From: a virus | DNA: 64,000 nt | Direction: 5' to 3' (one strand) | IMG/VR virus record: IMGVR_UViG_3300047198_000026 | Span: 1-64,000 of that record | Shown here: positions 34,749 through 43,915 of the stretch, in pieces | Layout of the letters: every line of letters starts with the position of its first letter | Numbering within the stretch: position 1 is the first letter of the stretch | Program-made: the position numbers and the translations under genes | The notes under the pieces: generated by a model | What the model was told of the DNA's origin: nothing | Databases searched by the model: none | The model's input: the letters and a program-made list of their open reading frames with translations, nothing else

Positions 34749-36749
34749 TTGGGAAATTTTGGTAACTATATTTACCGACCATCATTCGGAGCCTCGGGGA
34801 CATCTGAATACACCAACTTTGATACGGGATTGGCAAATGTAGACACAGAGGTTTCTTCAGGAGCTTATCATCGTCAGTTAACCACTAATGCTCATGGACT
34901 GACCTTTACTGGCCCAGGGGTAGGTGGGGGATTGGATGCTGATAAAGTAGATGGCTATCATGCTGCCTCCTTTTTGTTATCCGGGGGTATTGCAACTAGT
35001 GCTAGTGACTCTGCTAGGCTGGCAGGAGTCCTACCAGCAGGATATCTCTTGTCAGGAGGTACTTCTTTAAGTGCCTCTGACTCAGCCCGACTAGCAGGTA
35101 ACCTTTCGTCTGCTTTCCTTTTGTCAGGGGGGACAGCCTTAAGTGCCACTGACTCTTCTAGACTAGCTGGTAATCTTTCTACAGCTTTCTTAACAGTTGG
35201 TGGGTCAGCAGGTGACTCTGCCTTATTACAGGGAAACTTGGCGTCAGCCTTTCTGGGTGCCTCATCCAATGCTGTCAGTGCTAATGACTCTGCCAGACTG
35301 GCAGGTAACCTTTCGACAGCCTTCTTAGGAGCCAGTTCTAACGCAGTCAGTGCAAATGACTCTGTTAGACTTAATGGTAAACTTGATACGGCTTTCCTAG
35401 CCTATGATGCTAATGCAGTTAGTGCCAATGACTCCTCACGATTAGGGGGTAACCTACCTTCCGTATACACCAGGAAAGACGGCACAGTTGCCTTTACAGA
35501 CACGTTCTCTGGTACTAATGCCTATTTTACGGGAACGTTATCAGCCACTGCCTTATCAGCCGCTAACGTCTATACCACAGGCAACGTTGGCATAGGGACA
35601 GGGAGTCCTGCCCACACTCTAGATGTCAATGGCATTATGTCAGGTAGTACAGTCCTTGCTACTACCTTTTCAGGTACTAATGTCTATGCCACCACAATCA
35701 CGGCTAGTACAATGAGTGCCTCTGACTCTTTCCTCTTACTTGGTAAGACATTGGCAGAGGTAGTGGCCAGTGGGGGTGGTGCTGGAGACATGATGTCTGA
35801 TGGCACAGTTGCCTTCACAGACATGATGTCAGGTACCAGTGCTTACTTCTCTTCTTCCTTGTCTGCTTCGAAGTTTAGTGGGACGTCAACCAGTGCTGAC
35901 GATTCTACCTTACTATTTGGTAAGACATTGGCACAAGTAGTGGCCAGTGGGGGTGGGGGTTCAGGAGATGTTAAGTCTGATGGTACTGTTGCCTTTACTG
36001 ACATGCTGTCAGGTACTAGTGCCTACTTCTCGTCTTCAGTATCAGCTTCCAAGTTTAGTGGGACATCAACCAGTGCTGACGATTCCACCTTATTATTTGG
36101 AAAAACCTTGGCAGAGGTAGTGGCCAGTGGGGGTGGAGGAGCTGGAGATGTTAAGTCTGATGGTACTGTTGCCTTTACTGACATGCTGTCAGGTACCAGT
36201 GCTTACTTTTCGTCAACCATATCGGCAGCAGGGTTCTCTGGAACAGCAGCCAGTGCTTCTGACTCAGCCATGTTACAGGGGAATCTTGCGTCAGCATTCT
36301 TAGGAGCCAGTTCTACGGCTTTATCCGCCAATGATTCCACCCTATTATTTGGTAAAACATTGGCACAGGTAGTAGCCAGTGGTGCTGCATGTATAGTTTG
36401 GAGCGTCCCAGGAACTTTAGTTGCAAATGCAACAGTTTCAGTATGTTCTCAATTTTATATACCATTTGATTGTACTGCGGTAGGCGTGAATTTAATTGTT
36501 ACAACTACTCCAGGAACTAATGCAGACATAATAGATATCCATTATGGAGCAGCAGGAGGGATTGGAACAACTATTTTTAGTACGAAACCACAGATTAATG
36601 CTGGTGCATATACTGGTGGGGGTGCGGCAGCGTTTTCGGAAACGGCCCTTGCTGCAGGCAACATGTTAACAATGTTTATTGACCAAATCGGAGCAGCTGG
36701 AAATGAAGGAAAATTCCTTACTGTAGAGCTGAAAGTGAGCGTGCCATAA
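34749..36749 (+). CDS. Tail fibre/spike protein with internal repeats
   Basis: GLDADKVDG, GNVGIGT..P..TLDVNG; DSARLAG repeats and three about 60-aa repeats. Confidence 0.8.
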   Translation: MGNFGNYIYRPSFGASGTSEYTNFDTGLANVDTEVSSGAYHRQLTTNAHGLTFTGPGVGGGLDADKVDGYHAASFLLSGGIATSASDSARLAGVLPAGYLLSGGTSLSASDSARLAGNLSSAFLLSGGTALSATDSSRLAGNLSTAFLTVGGSAGDSALLQGNLASAFLGASSNAVSANDSARLAGNLSTAFLGASSNAVSANDSVRLNGKLDTAFLAYDANAVSANDSSRLGGNLPSVYTRKDGTVAFTDTFSGTNAYFTGTLSATALSAANVYTTGNVGIGTGSPAHTLDVNGIMSGSTVLATTFSGTNVYATTITASTMSASDSFLLLGKTLAEVVASGGGAGDMMSDGTVAFTDMMSGTSAYFSSSLSASKFSGTSTSADDSTLLFGKTLAQVVASGGGGSGDVKSDGTVAFTDMLSGTSAYFSSSVSASKFSGTSTSADDSTLLFGKTLAEVVASGGGGAGDVKSDGTVAFTDMLSGTSAYFSSTISAAGFSGTAASASDSAMLQGNLASAFLGASSTALSANDSTLLFGKTLAQVVASGAACIVWSVPGTLVANATVSVCSQFYIPFDCTAVGVNLIVTTTPGTNADIIDIHYGAAGGIGTTIFSTKPQINAGAYTGGGAAAFSETALAAGNMLTMFIDQIGAAGNEGKFLTVELKVSVP

Positions 36750-37042
36750 TGGGAATGCCAAGTTGTATATGCGACATGGCTGTAAATACTTGTTCATGTA
36801 ATGTGGCTGTATATGATTGTTCATGTAATCAGACTACATACGGCTCATGTATTTGTTATTCAACATGTGCAAGTGCATATCACACCTGCTACAAGGATTT
36901 CGAATGTGGTTGTTTTTGGTTTTGGTATAGTTGTAGTGTATGCTACAATACAGTTTATGGTTGTAGTGTATGCTACAATACAGTTTATGGTTGTAATTGT
37001 TATAATCTAAAATATGCTCCAGATGTTTGGTTGTTTTATTAG
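36749..37042 (+). CDS. Cys/Tyr-rich repeat peptide, putative radical-SAM substrate
   Basis: 18 Cys in 97 aa in CxC/CxxC-x4-Y units; TAATG overlap with the fibre gene. Confidence 0.75.
   Translation: MGMPSCICDMAVNTCSCNVAVYDCSCNQTTYGSCICYSTCASAYHTCYKDFECGCFWFWYSCSVCYNTVYGCSVCYNTVYGCNCYNLKYAPDVWLFY
36931..36990 (+). repeat. Perfect 30-bp tandem duplication (CSVCYNTVYG twice)
   Basis: TTGTAGTGTATGCTACAATACAGTTTATGG twice. Confidence 0.95.
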
Positions 37043-37051
37043 GAGATAAAT

Positions 37052-37720
37052 ATGTTGCAGGAAATTGAAATCAAAAGAATGTTACCAATGGGCGGAATTA
37101 CAATCGAGAATTTTGTTTACAAAGATGTAGCCGATACATCCGAAGAGACGAGGGCTGCATTTCAGAAAGAGGTGGGACAATGGAAAGAAGATAACAAAGA
37201 ATTATTAAATAAAGCTAGGGAGACTATGCAAACATATGCGACACCTCCACTTTTATGGGCAGCTGCTGTTTACATATTTTTAAGAGAAGAACTTGTCGGC
37301 ATAATATTTTTTGATAAATGGGAAACTCATTTGGAAAATGAGATAACAATGAAATTCCATCCGTCAATTAAATTTAGAGCAACCTTTGATTATGCGTTGT
37401 CTGAAGCTTTATTTAGAGATTACATTTTTGAAAATAATTTAATGAATACTATTTATGCTATCCTTCCGTTATGGAGAAAGGGGAATTCTTTTGAATTTCC
37501 ATGTGCTAAGTCTACAGCACCCTGGACAACTGGTAATCCCTATGATTATTCAACCACTAAAATACTTTCAGAAGATATTAAAAATAACGGAATCATGATT
37601 GAAATACATCAGTCTAAGAAGGATTGGTTTCCTGGAAAGTTTGCACAATTAACCAGGAAAACTTGGCAAATTCCGACAAGCGAGCATACAATCGAATTAC
37701 CAAAGGAGGTAAAGAAATGA
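37052..37720 (+). CDS. rSAM partner protein 1 (possible GNAT-like fold)
   Basis: Paralog of 42158..42874; ATGA-coupled to rSAM A1. Confidence 0.65.
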   Translation: MLQEIEIKRMLPMGGITIENFVYKDVADTSEETRAAFQKEVGQWKEDNKELLNKARETMQTYATPPLLWAAAVYIFLREELVGIIFFDKWETHLENEITMKFHPSIKFRATFDYALSEALFRDYIFENNLMNTIYAILPLWRKGNSFEFPCAKSTAPWTTGNPYDYSTTKILSEDIKNNGIMIEIHQSKKDWFPGKFAQLTRKTWQIPTSEHTIELPKEVKK

Positions 37721-38787
37721 GCAGTTATGCATTGATCTGTCACATTTTTATGACCTATGGATGTAACCGTAATTGTGAAGGGTGTTATACTAATCTGCAG
37801 GCAGATAGAAATTTGAAAATGTCAATAAAGACAGCTGATGATGTGGCGAAATGGCTCGTAAACTTAGCCAAAGTAGAGGAAGCAGAATTGTTTTCATTTC
37901 CGATACTTGGTGGGGAACCTTTAATGAATGCTGATGTGCTGTTTCATCTGATAGCGACTTTGCAAAGAGATTTACCAAAACATCTGAAAAATGTCCGAGC
38001 AAGGACAGGGGCGTCGGGAGTCAATGTAAAGAATGAGGATCGTCTCTTTATTCTATTTACTAACGGAGATTATTTGACGGAAGAAAATCTTAGAAGAATA
38101 GAAGCCCATAGATTGTTGGCCTACATTAATCCTACAGATGATAATCTCATCAGTGTGGAAGAGAAGGTTAAGAAATTGAAAGCAGTATGCGGGCATTGCA
38201 ATTTAGCAATTACACTGAATAAAAAGAATATGCCAAGGCTACCAGAGTTGGTTGATATTGCTATTAGAAATGGTGGAGTAACACGGATCAGTCGGATGTA
38301 TGATGGTGGTAGAGACCCAAATTACGTAAAGGAATATGGAAGACAGATGCACAAGGTATTTGATATGCTATTAGCTGCTCCAGTTCCCATGCATCCAAAT
38401 TGGATAGTTGAGAGCACCTGGGTGACCTGGGACAAACCATCAAATCCAAATGGTTGCGGAAAATGGTCTATTCATATGGGCCCAGACGGAGTAATCCGAA
38501 GTTGTAATGCTGATTACAGTACTAAGATTGGTTCAATCTACACTCATTCCAGATTGTCTGATTTTAAGTTTACTCATAGATGGAGTGCAAAGAATTTACC
38601 TGAGTGTCAAGGCTGTGAATTTATAACCTTTTGTCAAGGTGGTTGTCCTTATAGTCGTAAGTTGACTTACGGAACTTACGACAAGAGAACTCCATTTTGT
38701 GAGGAGCTGAAAACTCTTTACCCAAGGGTGCTTGAATTGGCTAAAAAATGGAAAGAATACCAAGAACGTATAATGAAAGGAGAATAA
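37717..38787 (+). CDS. Radical SAM/SPASM protein, class A copy 1
   Basis: CNRNCEGC, GGEP, TNG; SPASM CG...G.IRSC...CQGC...CQGGCP...C. Confidence 0.92.
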   Translation: MSSYALICHIFMTYGCNRNCEGCYTNLQADRNLKMSIKTADDVAKWLVNLAKVEEAELFSFPILGGEPLMNADVLFHLIATLQRDLPKHLKNVRARTGASGVNVKNEDRLFILFTNGDYLTEENLRRIEAHRLLAYINPTDDNLISVEEKVKKLKAVCGHCNLAITLNKKNMPRLPELVDIAIRNGGVTRISRMYDGGRDPNYVKEYGRQMHKVFDMLLAAPVPMHPNWIVESTWVTWDKPSNPNGCGKWSIHMGPDGVIRSCNADYSTKIGSIYTHSRLSDFKFTHRWSAKNLPECQGCEFITFCQGGCPYSRKLTYGTYDKRTPFCEELKTLYPRVLELAKKWKEYQERIMKGE

Positions 38788-38789
38788 AT

Positions 38790-39965
38790 ATGTTAGTTTC
38801 CAATGCGTCATTAAACTTGACTCAAGAATGTAATTTAAGATGTGAATATTGTTTTACGTATGGGCACACATCTAAACGGATGAGTTGGGCTGTCGCAAAA
38901 AAGAGCGTAGATTTTCTTTTCAATAATGCTAAACGTACAAAAGAAAATAAAATGGTTAGAATAGATTTTTGGGGAGGGGAGCCACTATTAGAATGGAATT
39001 TGTTGAAGAAGATAACTTTGTATGCAGAAAGTGTATCGAAAAGAACCACCATTCCTGTGCATTTTGGTGGAACGACCAATGGTACACTCCTAACTGAAGA
39101 GAAATTTACATTTTTGGGAAAACATGGTATTAAGTTTTTGGTATCTCTTGATGGCACGGCAGAAAGTCACAATAAATATAGGGTATTTAGATCTGGTAGG
39201 GGGTCTCACGCTCTAATAGTAAAAAATATGAAGAAGGTTTTGAAGAAATGGCCTGATTATGCTGTAAGATTATCCCCTTATCCAGAAAGTATTAAACGAT
39301 TTTATAACGACATTAAATTCTTAATAGATCTGGGTTTTAGGAATGTAATGTATAGTCCTGTATTTGAGGCAAACTGGAAAGAGAAAGATTGGAATAAATG
39401 GGAAGATGAAGGTTATAAAGTAGTGGATTTATTATCCGAAAAGAAGAGAGAAGGGATCAATATTTTTATTCATCAGTTTGATGAATTTTGTGGTCAGGAG
39501 TTGGATCAAAAATACCCTTGTGGAGCGGGGAGGCATTATATTGGGATTGACATAGATGGAGGAATATATCCTTGTCATCGATTTTGTAAATTTGATGGAA
39601 AATCTTGGAAAGAAAAGGAAACTTGTATCGGTCATGTAGACTTGGGTATCATTAATCTTGAATTTATAGATAGGTTTATTAATTTTAAAACCTGTGAAGG
39701 ATGCGAGTTTGCTAACACTACTCCTTGCTGTGGTGGTTGCCCAGCGACTAATTATGATCTCACAGGAGATATAAATACACCCACAGATAAGAATTGTAGA
39801 TGGATTAAGGTACAAACCAAAATTTCCAGATACATGATGGAGAAAGAAAATCTGAAAAGAACAACCCCACAAGCGGTTATGGATTTATTAAGACGGCTTG
39901 AAATGCGGGTGGAGCAAATAGAAAAATATATCGAGGATAAAAACAATTTATCCACGGTTACTTGA
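38790..39965 (+). CDS. Radical SAM/SPASM protein, class B copy 1
   Basis: CNLRCEYC, FWGGEPLL, TTNGTLL, VSLDG, PCGAG...IYPCH...CEGC...CCGGCP. Confidence 0.93.
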   Translation: MLVSNASLNLTQECNLRCEYCFTYGHTSKRMSWAVAKKSVDFLFNNAKRTKENKMVRIDFWGGEPLLEWNLLKKITLYAESVSKRTTIPVHFGGTTNGTLLTEEKFTFLGKHGIKFLVSLDGTAESHNKYRVFRSGRGSHALIVKNMKKVLKKWPDYAVRLSPYPESIKRFYNDIKFLIDLGFRNVMYSPVFEANWKEKDWNKWEDEGYKVVDLLSEKKREGINIFIHQFDEFCGQELDQKYPCGAGRHYIGIDIDGGIYPCHRFCKFDGKSWKEKETCIGHVDLGIINLEFIDRFINFKTCEGCEFANTTPCCGGCPATNYDLTGDINTPTDKNCRWIKVQTKISRYMMEKENLKRTTPQAVMDLLRRLEMRVEQIEKYIEDKNNLSTVT

Positions 39966-40008
39966 GCTTGCTGAAAAGTGGAAGAGATATCAGGAGCATA
40001 TGTTGTAA
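39937..40008 (+). pseudogene. Relic 3' end of another class A rSAM gene
   Basis: The +1 frame reads IKTIYPRLLELAEKWKRYQEHML*, matching LKTLYPRVLELAKKWKEYQERIM of 37717..38787. Confidence 0.8.
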
Positions 40009-40079
40009 GGAGTCATGAAACGGTAGAATTTATTCCTCCAGATGGGAGCTTTTTCAATTATTTTAATTAGAGAGGGAAT

Positions 40080-41330
40080 ATGACTGAATTTCCAATTACC
40101 AGATGTAGTATTAATTTGACTAGGGCCTGCAATCTTAAGTGTGCCTTTTGCTTTACCTACGGATGCCGTCCTGGCAGAATGGGATGGGAAACGGCCAAGA
40201 GATCGGTCGACTTCCTATTTCACAATGCCGAGAAGGCCACCATCCAAGAAGGAAAGACTGTTGAGATAGGATTTTGGGGAGGGGAGCCACTATTAGAATG
40301 GGAATTATTGAAGAGGATAACCCTGTATGCGAAGAAGACGAAACCCCCATCAGTGAATCTGATGTTTGGTGGAACGACCAATGGTACACTCCTGACCCCT
40401 GACAAATTTGCCTTCCTGGATGAACACAAGATATTCTTTATGGTCAGTATAGACGGGCAAGAGAAGAGCCACAACCTATACCGTAAGTTCCATGATGGAA
40501 GGGGTTCACATTCAGTGGTAATGAAGAACCTGGAGTCCATCCTAAAGAAATGGCCTTTCTATAGAGCCCGGTTGTCTCCCAGTGTGGAAACAGTCCCTGA
40601 CTTCTTTGAGAATATGAAATACCTCTTTGACTTTGGATTCGAATATGTTATGTTCTCTCCTGTCTATGAAGGCAATTGGACTCCTGAGGTGTGGAAGACA
40701 TATGAGGACCAATGTAAGTTGGTAGTGGATTACATGGTGTCAGAGAAGGCCAAGGGAAGGAATTTGAAAGTAGAACACTTCGAATCCTATAAGGGTTCTG
40801 ACAATTCTAAATGGCCATGTGGGGCTGGAAGGTTCTATGCGGGAATAGACATTGATGGGGCCATCTATCCTTGCCACAGATTTAACAAGTTTAATGACAT
40901 GCGACCATGGACTGAAAAGGAAGTTTGTATTGGACATGTGGATGTTGGAATCACCAAACCAGACTTTAGAAAGTTATTCACCACAGACTGGAAGCCTGAA
41001 TGTGGAGAGTGTCCAAGACTTAAGGACACACCTTGTCATGGGGGATGTTACGCAGTGAACTTCGACTTTACAGGAAAGATTAATACACCCCATCTAGGAC
41101 TTTGTTCCTATGTTGAGATGCAAAGAAATGTCTCAAAATACTTGGAAGAGAAACTTCCTTCCCCACCCCAACAGGGAACAAGGGGTTGTATTTGTTATAA
41201 TATGTGTTACGCTGAGGGAACAGACCAAGAGATTACTCATAGGGACAAATCGAATGATATGACGTGCGTGTGCTATAACGCCCAATATAATGGGCCTTTG
41301 GATGAGAAAATTGCTAGGAGGCTTATATAA
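40080..41330 (+). CDS. Radical SAM/SPASM protein, class B copy 2, with Cys-rich C-terminal extension
   Basis: CNLKCAFC, FWGGEPLL, PCGAG, IYPCH, CGEC...CHGGC; tail CICYNMCY...CVCYNAQY. Confidence 0.93.
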   Translation: MTEFPITRCSINLTRACNLKCAFCFTYGCRPGRMGWETAKRSVDFLFHNAEKATIQEGKTVEIGFWGGEPLLEWELLKRITLYAKKTKPPSVNLMFGGTTNGTLLTPDKFAFLDEHKIFFMVSIDGQEKSHNLYRKFHDGRGSHSVVMKNLESILKKWPFYRARLSPSVETVPDFFENMKYLFDFGFEYVMFSPVYEGNWTPEVWKTYEDQCKLVVDYMVSEKAKGRNLKVEHFESYKGSDNSKWPCGAGRFYAGIDIDGAIYPCHRFNKFNDMRPWTEKEVCIGHVDVGITKPDFRKLFTTDWKPECGECPRLKDTPCHGGCYAVNFDFTGKINTPHLGLCSYVEMQRNVSKYLEEKLPSPPQQGTRGCICYNMCYAEGTDQEITHRDKSNDMTCVCYNAQYNGPLDEKIARRLI

Positions 41331-42137
41331 GTGATAGCCATTCTTATTCAAAAAGAGCCCTATCCTATCCATGAGGGCCATAAGGCCGTAATCAACTATG
41401 CCCGGTCTTTGGGTGATCCGATAGTTATTATGCCCCCTCACGCAGGTATGTGGCATAAATACCTAAAAGGGGGAATAGAGGAAGTAGGAGAAGAGAATAT
41501 TGATGTTAGGATAAACTCTATAAAAGAATTAGGTATTCCAGTTGAGCGAATGCGCCCTGTCTCGGTTCACAAGGATATAAGACAAAAGGCATTAGATTTT
41601 GCCTCTGCCTTTATGGAACCTTATAAAGACACATTAATTTTAGACAGGTATATTCAAGTGGCAACCTTGCTTGTGGCAGGGACACACCTAAGACGTAAGA
41701 TATGGAAAGACCAGATGTTGAAGTCCAAAATCCCCATTGAAGCCGCGGCTAGGGGTCCGTCAGTGATATCCTTCTTTCTTGCCCAAGTAAATCCCAAGTT
41801 GGGTAGGCCCCCTTGTTATGTGTACCCTAAAATAGTTAAAGACCCTCGTACAGGAATTCAATTCCAGAGTTCTATAAATCAGATTTTGGGTTCACACAGG
41901 CCAGCCTTAGAAAGACTTCCCATGGTGCTTGGAGAATTTAAGGATAGGTTGAAAGTGGGAAGAAATTTAGAATTAGAGAAGGAGATTAATGGATCTTACT
42001 ACTATACTCCCTGGAAAATCCAGGAGATTGCTGTGTTTGAAGGGGGTATGGTTCCTGGAAGATTAGAAGTTGTATCCTTTAGGTTTCCCTGTTTAAGAGG
42101 GAGTATACTAATTGAGGTAACTGAGTATTATCAGTAA
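41331..42137 (+). CDS. HxGH nucleotidyltransferase-superfamily protein, pantothenate-synthetase-like
   Basis: IHEGH near the N-terminus; IVKDPRTGIQFQSS resembles PanC IVRExDGLAxSSRN. Confidence 0.55.
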   Translation: MIAILIQKEPYPIHEGHKAVINYARSLGDPIVIMPPHAGMWHKYLKGGIEEVGEENIDVRINSIKELGIPVERMRPVSVHKDIRQKALDFASAFMEPYKDTLILDRYIQVATLLVAGTHLRRKIWKDQMLKSKIPIEAAARGPSVISFFLAQVNPKLGRPPCYVYPKIVKDPRTGIQFQSSINQILGSHRPALERLPMVLGEFKDRLKVGRNLELEKEINGSYYYTPWKIQEIAVFEGGMVPGRLEVVSFRFPCLRGSILIEVTEYYQ

Positions 42138-42157
42138 CAGGATGGAGGAACTAAGAG

Positions 42158-42874
42158 ATGTTTCAGTTAAAGGGTTGTTCAAGGTTAATACCTAGGGGAG
42201 GAGTTGTCATTCGTGGGATGTCCTATATAGACGTCAATGATGTCCTTCTTGAAGACAGGATGGCAACTAAGAAGTTTTTCGCTGAAGATTATGAGTACGG
42301 TGAGGCCGTTAGGAGAGGGTTAGCTCATTATAGAACTATGGAAATAGGTAGGCAATTTATTGTTTACGTTTATAAAAATCTGGACCTTCTAGGATGCCTC
42401 CTAAGTTTTGAACTACTTAATAACATGGATGGATATGGTAAGGGAGACTTTAATCATTCCCAATTAATCTATCCTAAATACAGGCATACCCAATTTTCTA
42501 GGTACTCATCACTAAACTTTAGGCACATGATGTTCCGGTCTGGAGTAGCCAATAAAATATATGTCTATGCTCCCTCTTCTAGATCAAAATCGCATTCCTT
42601 TCTAGATGCGATGGATGTGTCTAAAATGCCTTGTGCATCAGGATTACCATTTGAATTTATTGATATCCGATTTTCGGAGCACATCTCAGTTTCAAAAAGA
42701 TTACATCTTGAGGGAGTCCCTTTTCTTATTCTGGAATTTGATGGTGAGAAATATAGGAAGCTGACTTTAGATGATTTTGCAGAGAGTGTCCCCAATAAGG
42801 GTAAGGAACTTGTAGCCCAGTGGTTATCTGAGGCCGACCATGCGTCTGAATTGGTCAGAGGAGAGGTAAAATGA
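42158..42874 (+). CDS. rSAM partner protein 2 (possible GNAT-like fold)
   Basis: Paralog of 37052..37720; IYPKYRHT resembles GNAT motif A; ATGA-coupled to rSAM A2. Confidence 0.65.
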   Translation: MFQLKGCSRLIPRGGVVIRGMSYIDVNDVLLEDRMATKKFFAEDYEYGEAVRRGLAHYRTMEIGRQFIVYVYKNLDLLGCLLSFELLNNMDGYGKGDFNHSQLIYPKYRHTQFSRYSSLNFRHMMFRSGVANKIYVYAPSSRSKSHSFLDAMDVSKMPCASGLPFEFIDIRFSEHISVSKRLHLEGVPFLILEFDGEKYRKLTLDDFAESVPNKGKELVAQWLSEADHASELVRGEVK

Positions 42875-43905
42875 TGCCTGCGTTGATGCTATATATAAAT
42901 ATCTCTAATGCTTGTAATCGGCAGTGTGATCATTGCTATTCCTCCAATACTGGTGAGAAGATGAGTAAAGAAACAGTTGGGGAAGTGGTTAAGTGGGCTA
43001 AAGGTATTTGCGAGGAGGAGAAAGTTAAATATCTCAAATTAATTTTCTTAGGAGGGGAACCTCTAAATAATATAGATAACCTTTTGCTGATGGTTGACTT
43101 ATTCAATAAGCACCTTCCTCAGCTTCAAGATCCTTTTTGGGATACTAAGTATATGTTGTCCACGAATGGTGATTTGATCACTGATTCTATTCTAAGAGAA
43201 CTGAAGAGCAGGAGAATTTGGGTATCGCTGAATCCGTCAAACAGTAGTATGGGAGACCTTGAAGATAAGATATTAAAGGTTAAAGAAGTGAATGGAGGGT
43301 GTGCATTACTTACGGTGTTAAACGACGCGAATTTGCCAAGAGCCGTGGATCTGGCTAAATTGGCAGTTAGGCATGCCTGTTTTATTAGAATGAATAGGAT
43401 GTTTCAAGGGTCATCAGATCCAGAATACATTAGAGAGTACGGTAGTCAATTGGGCAAAATGATGGACATCTTCCTTGCTGCCAAGAGGGTAGCCTGGCCT
43501 AACTGGATGGTAGATTCTACTATGCCTGTAAGGTTTGCTGACATTTATTCCCAGACAACCAGAAATTGTTATTCTTGTGGTGAGTGGCTCTTTACCATCG
43601 ATTGGGATGGGATGATAAGAAGTTGTAACGCTGATCCTGATACGGTTATTGGGTATATTAGAACTCACAAGCATAGGAAGGATTTTAAATTCCCCCATAG
43701 GTGGAGTGCTGCAAATCTTCCAGAGTGTCAAGGCTGTAAGTGGATTGTTTTGTGTCAGGGTGGATGCCCTTACTGTAGAAAAGTAGCGTATGGTACGTAC
43801 GACAAGAAAACTCCATTTTGTGAGGTGCACAGGGATATCTGGCCTAAACTTATGGAACTTACGGAGAGATGGAAATTAAGTCATAGTGGGTTGTTTACAC
43901 GATGA
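42871..43905 (+). CDS. Radical SAM/SPASM protein, class A copy 2
   Basis: CNRQCDHC, GGEP; HRWSA.NLPECQGC...CQGGCPY shared with A1. Confidence 0.92.
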   Translation: MMPALMLYINISNACNRQCDHCYSSNTGEKMSKETVGEVVKWAKGICEEEKVKYLKLIFLGGEPLNNIDNLLLMVDLFNKHLPQLQDPFWDTKYMLSTNGDLITDSILRELKSRRIWVSLNPSNSSMGDLEDKILKVKEVNGGCALLTVLNDANLPRAVDLAKLAVRHACFIRMNRMFQGSSDPEYIREYGSQLGKMMDIFLAAKRVAWPNWMVDSTMPVRFADIYSQTTRNCYSCGEWLFTIDWDGMIRSCNADPDTVIGYIRTHKHRKDFKFPHRWSAANLPECQGCKWIVLCQGGCPYCRKVAYGTYDKKTPFCEVHRDIWPKLMELTERWKLSHSGLFTR

Positions 43906-43915
43906 GAGGAAAAAT

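Noticed and set aside
39936-39965. Programmed frameshift joining rSAM B1 to the relic peptide
   Set aside because: The relic is in the +1 frame with no canonical slippery site; a recombination scar is simpler
36749-43905. Conventional secreted bacteriocin/RiPP cluster or host-derived island
   Set aside because: No leader, peptidase, exporter or immunity gene is visible; genes are coupled to tail genes and the repeat recurs inside a virion protein. Not fully excluded
37717-43905. rSAM genes as QueE/MoaA/NrdG-type cofactor or DNA-modification enzymes
   Set aside because: Full SPASM cysteine sets and no queC/queD/folE/nrdD neighbours in the window
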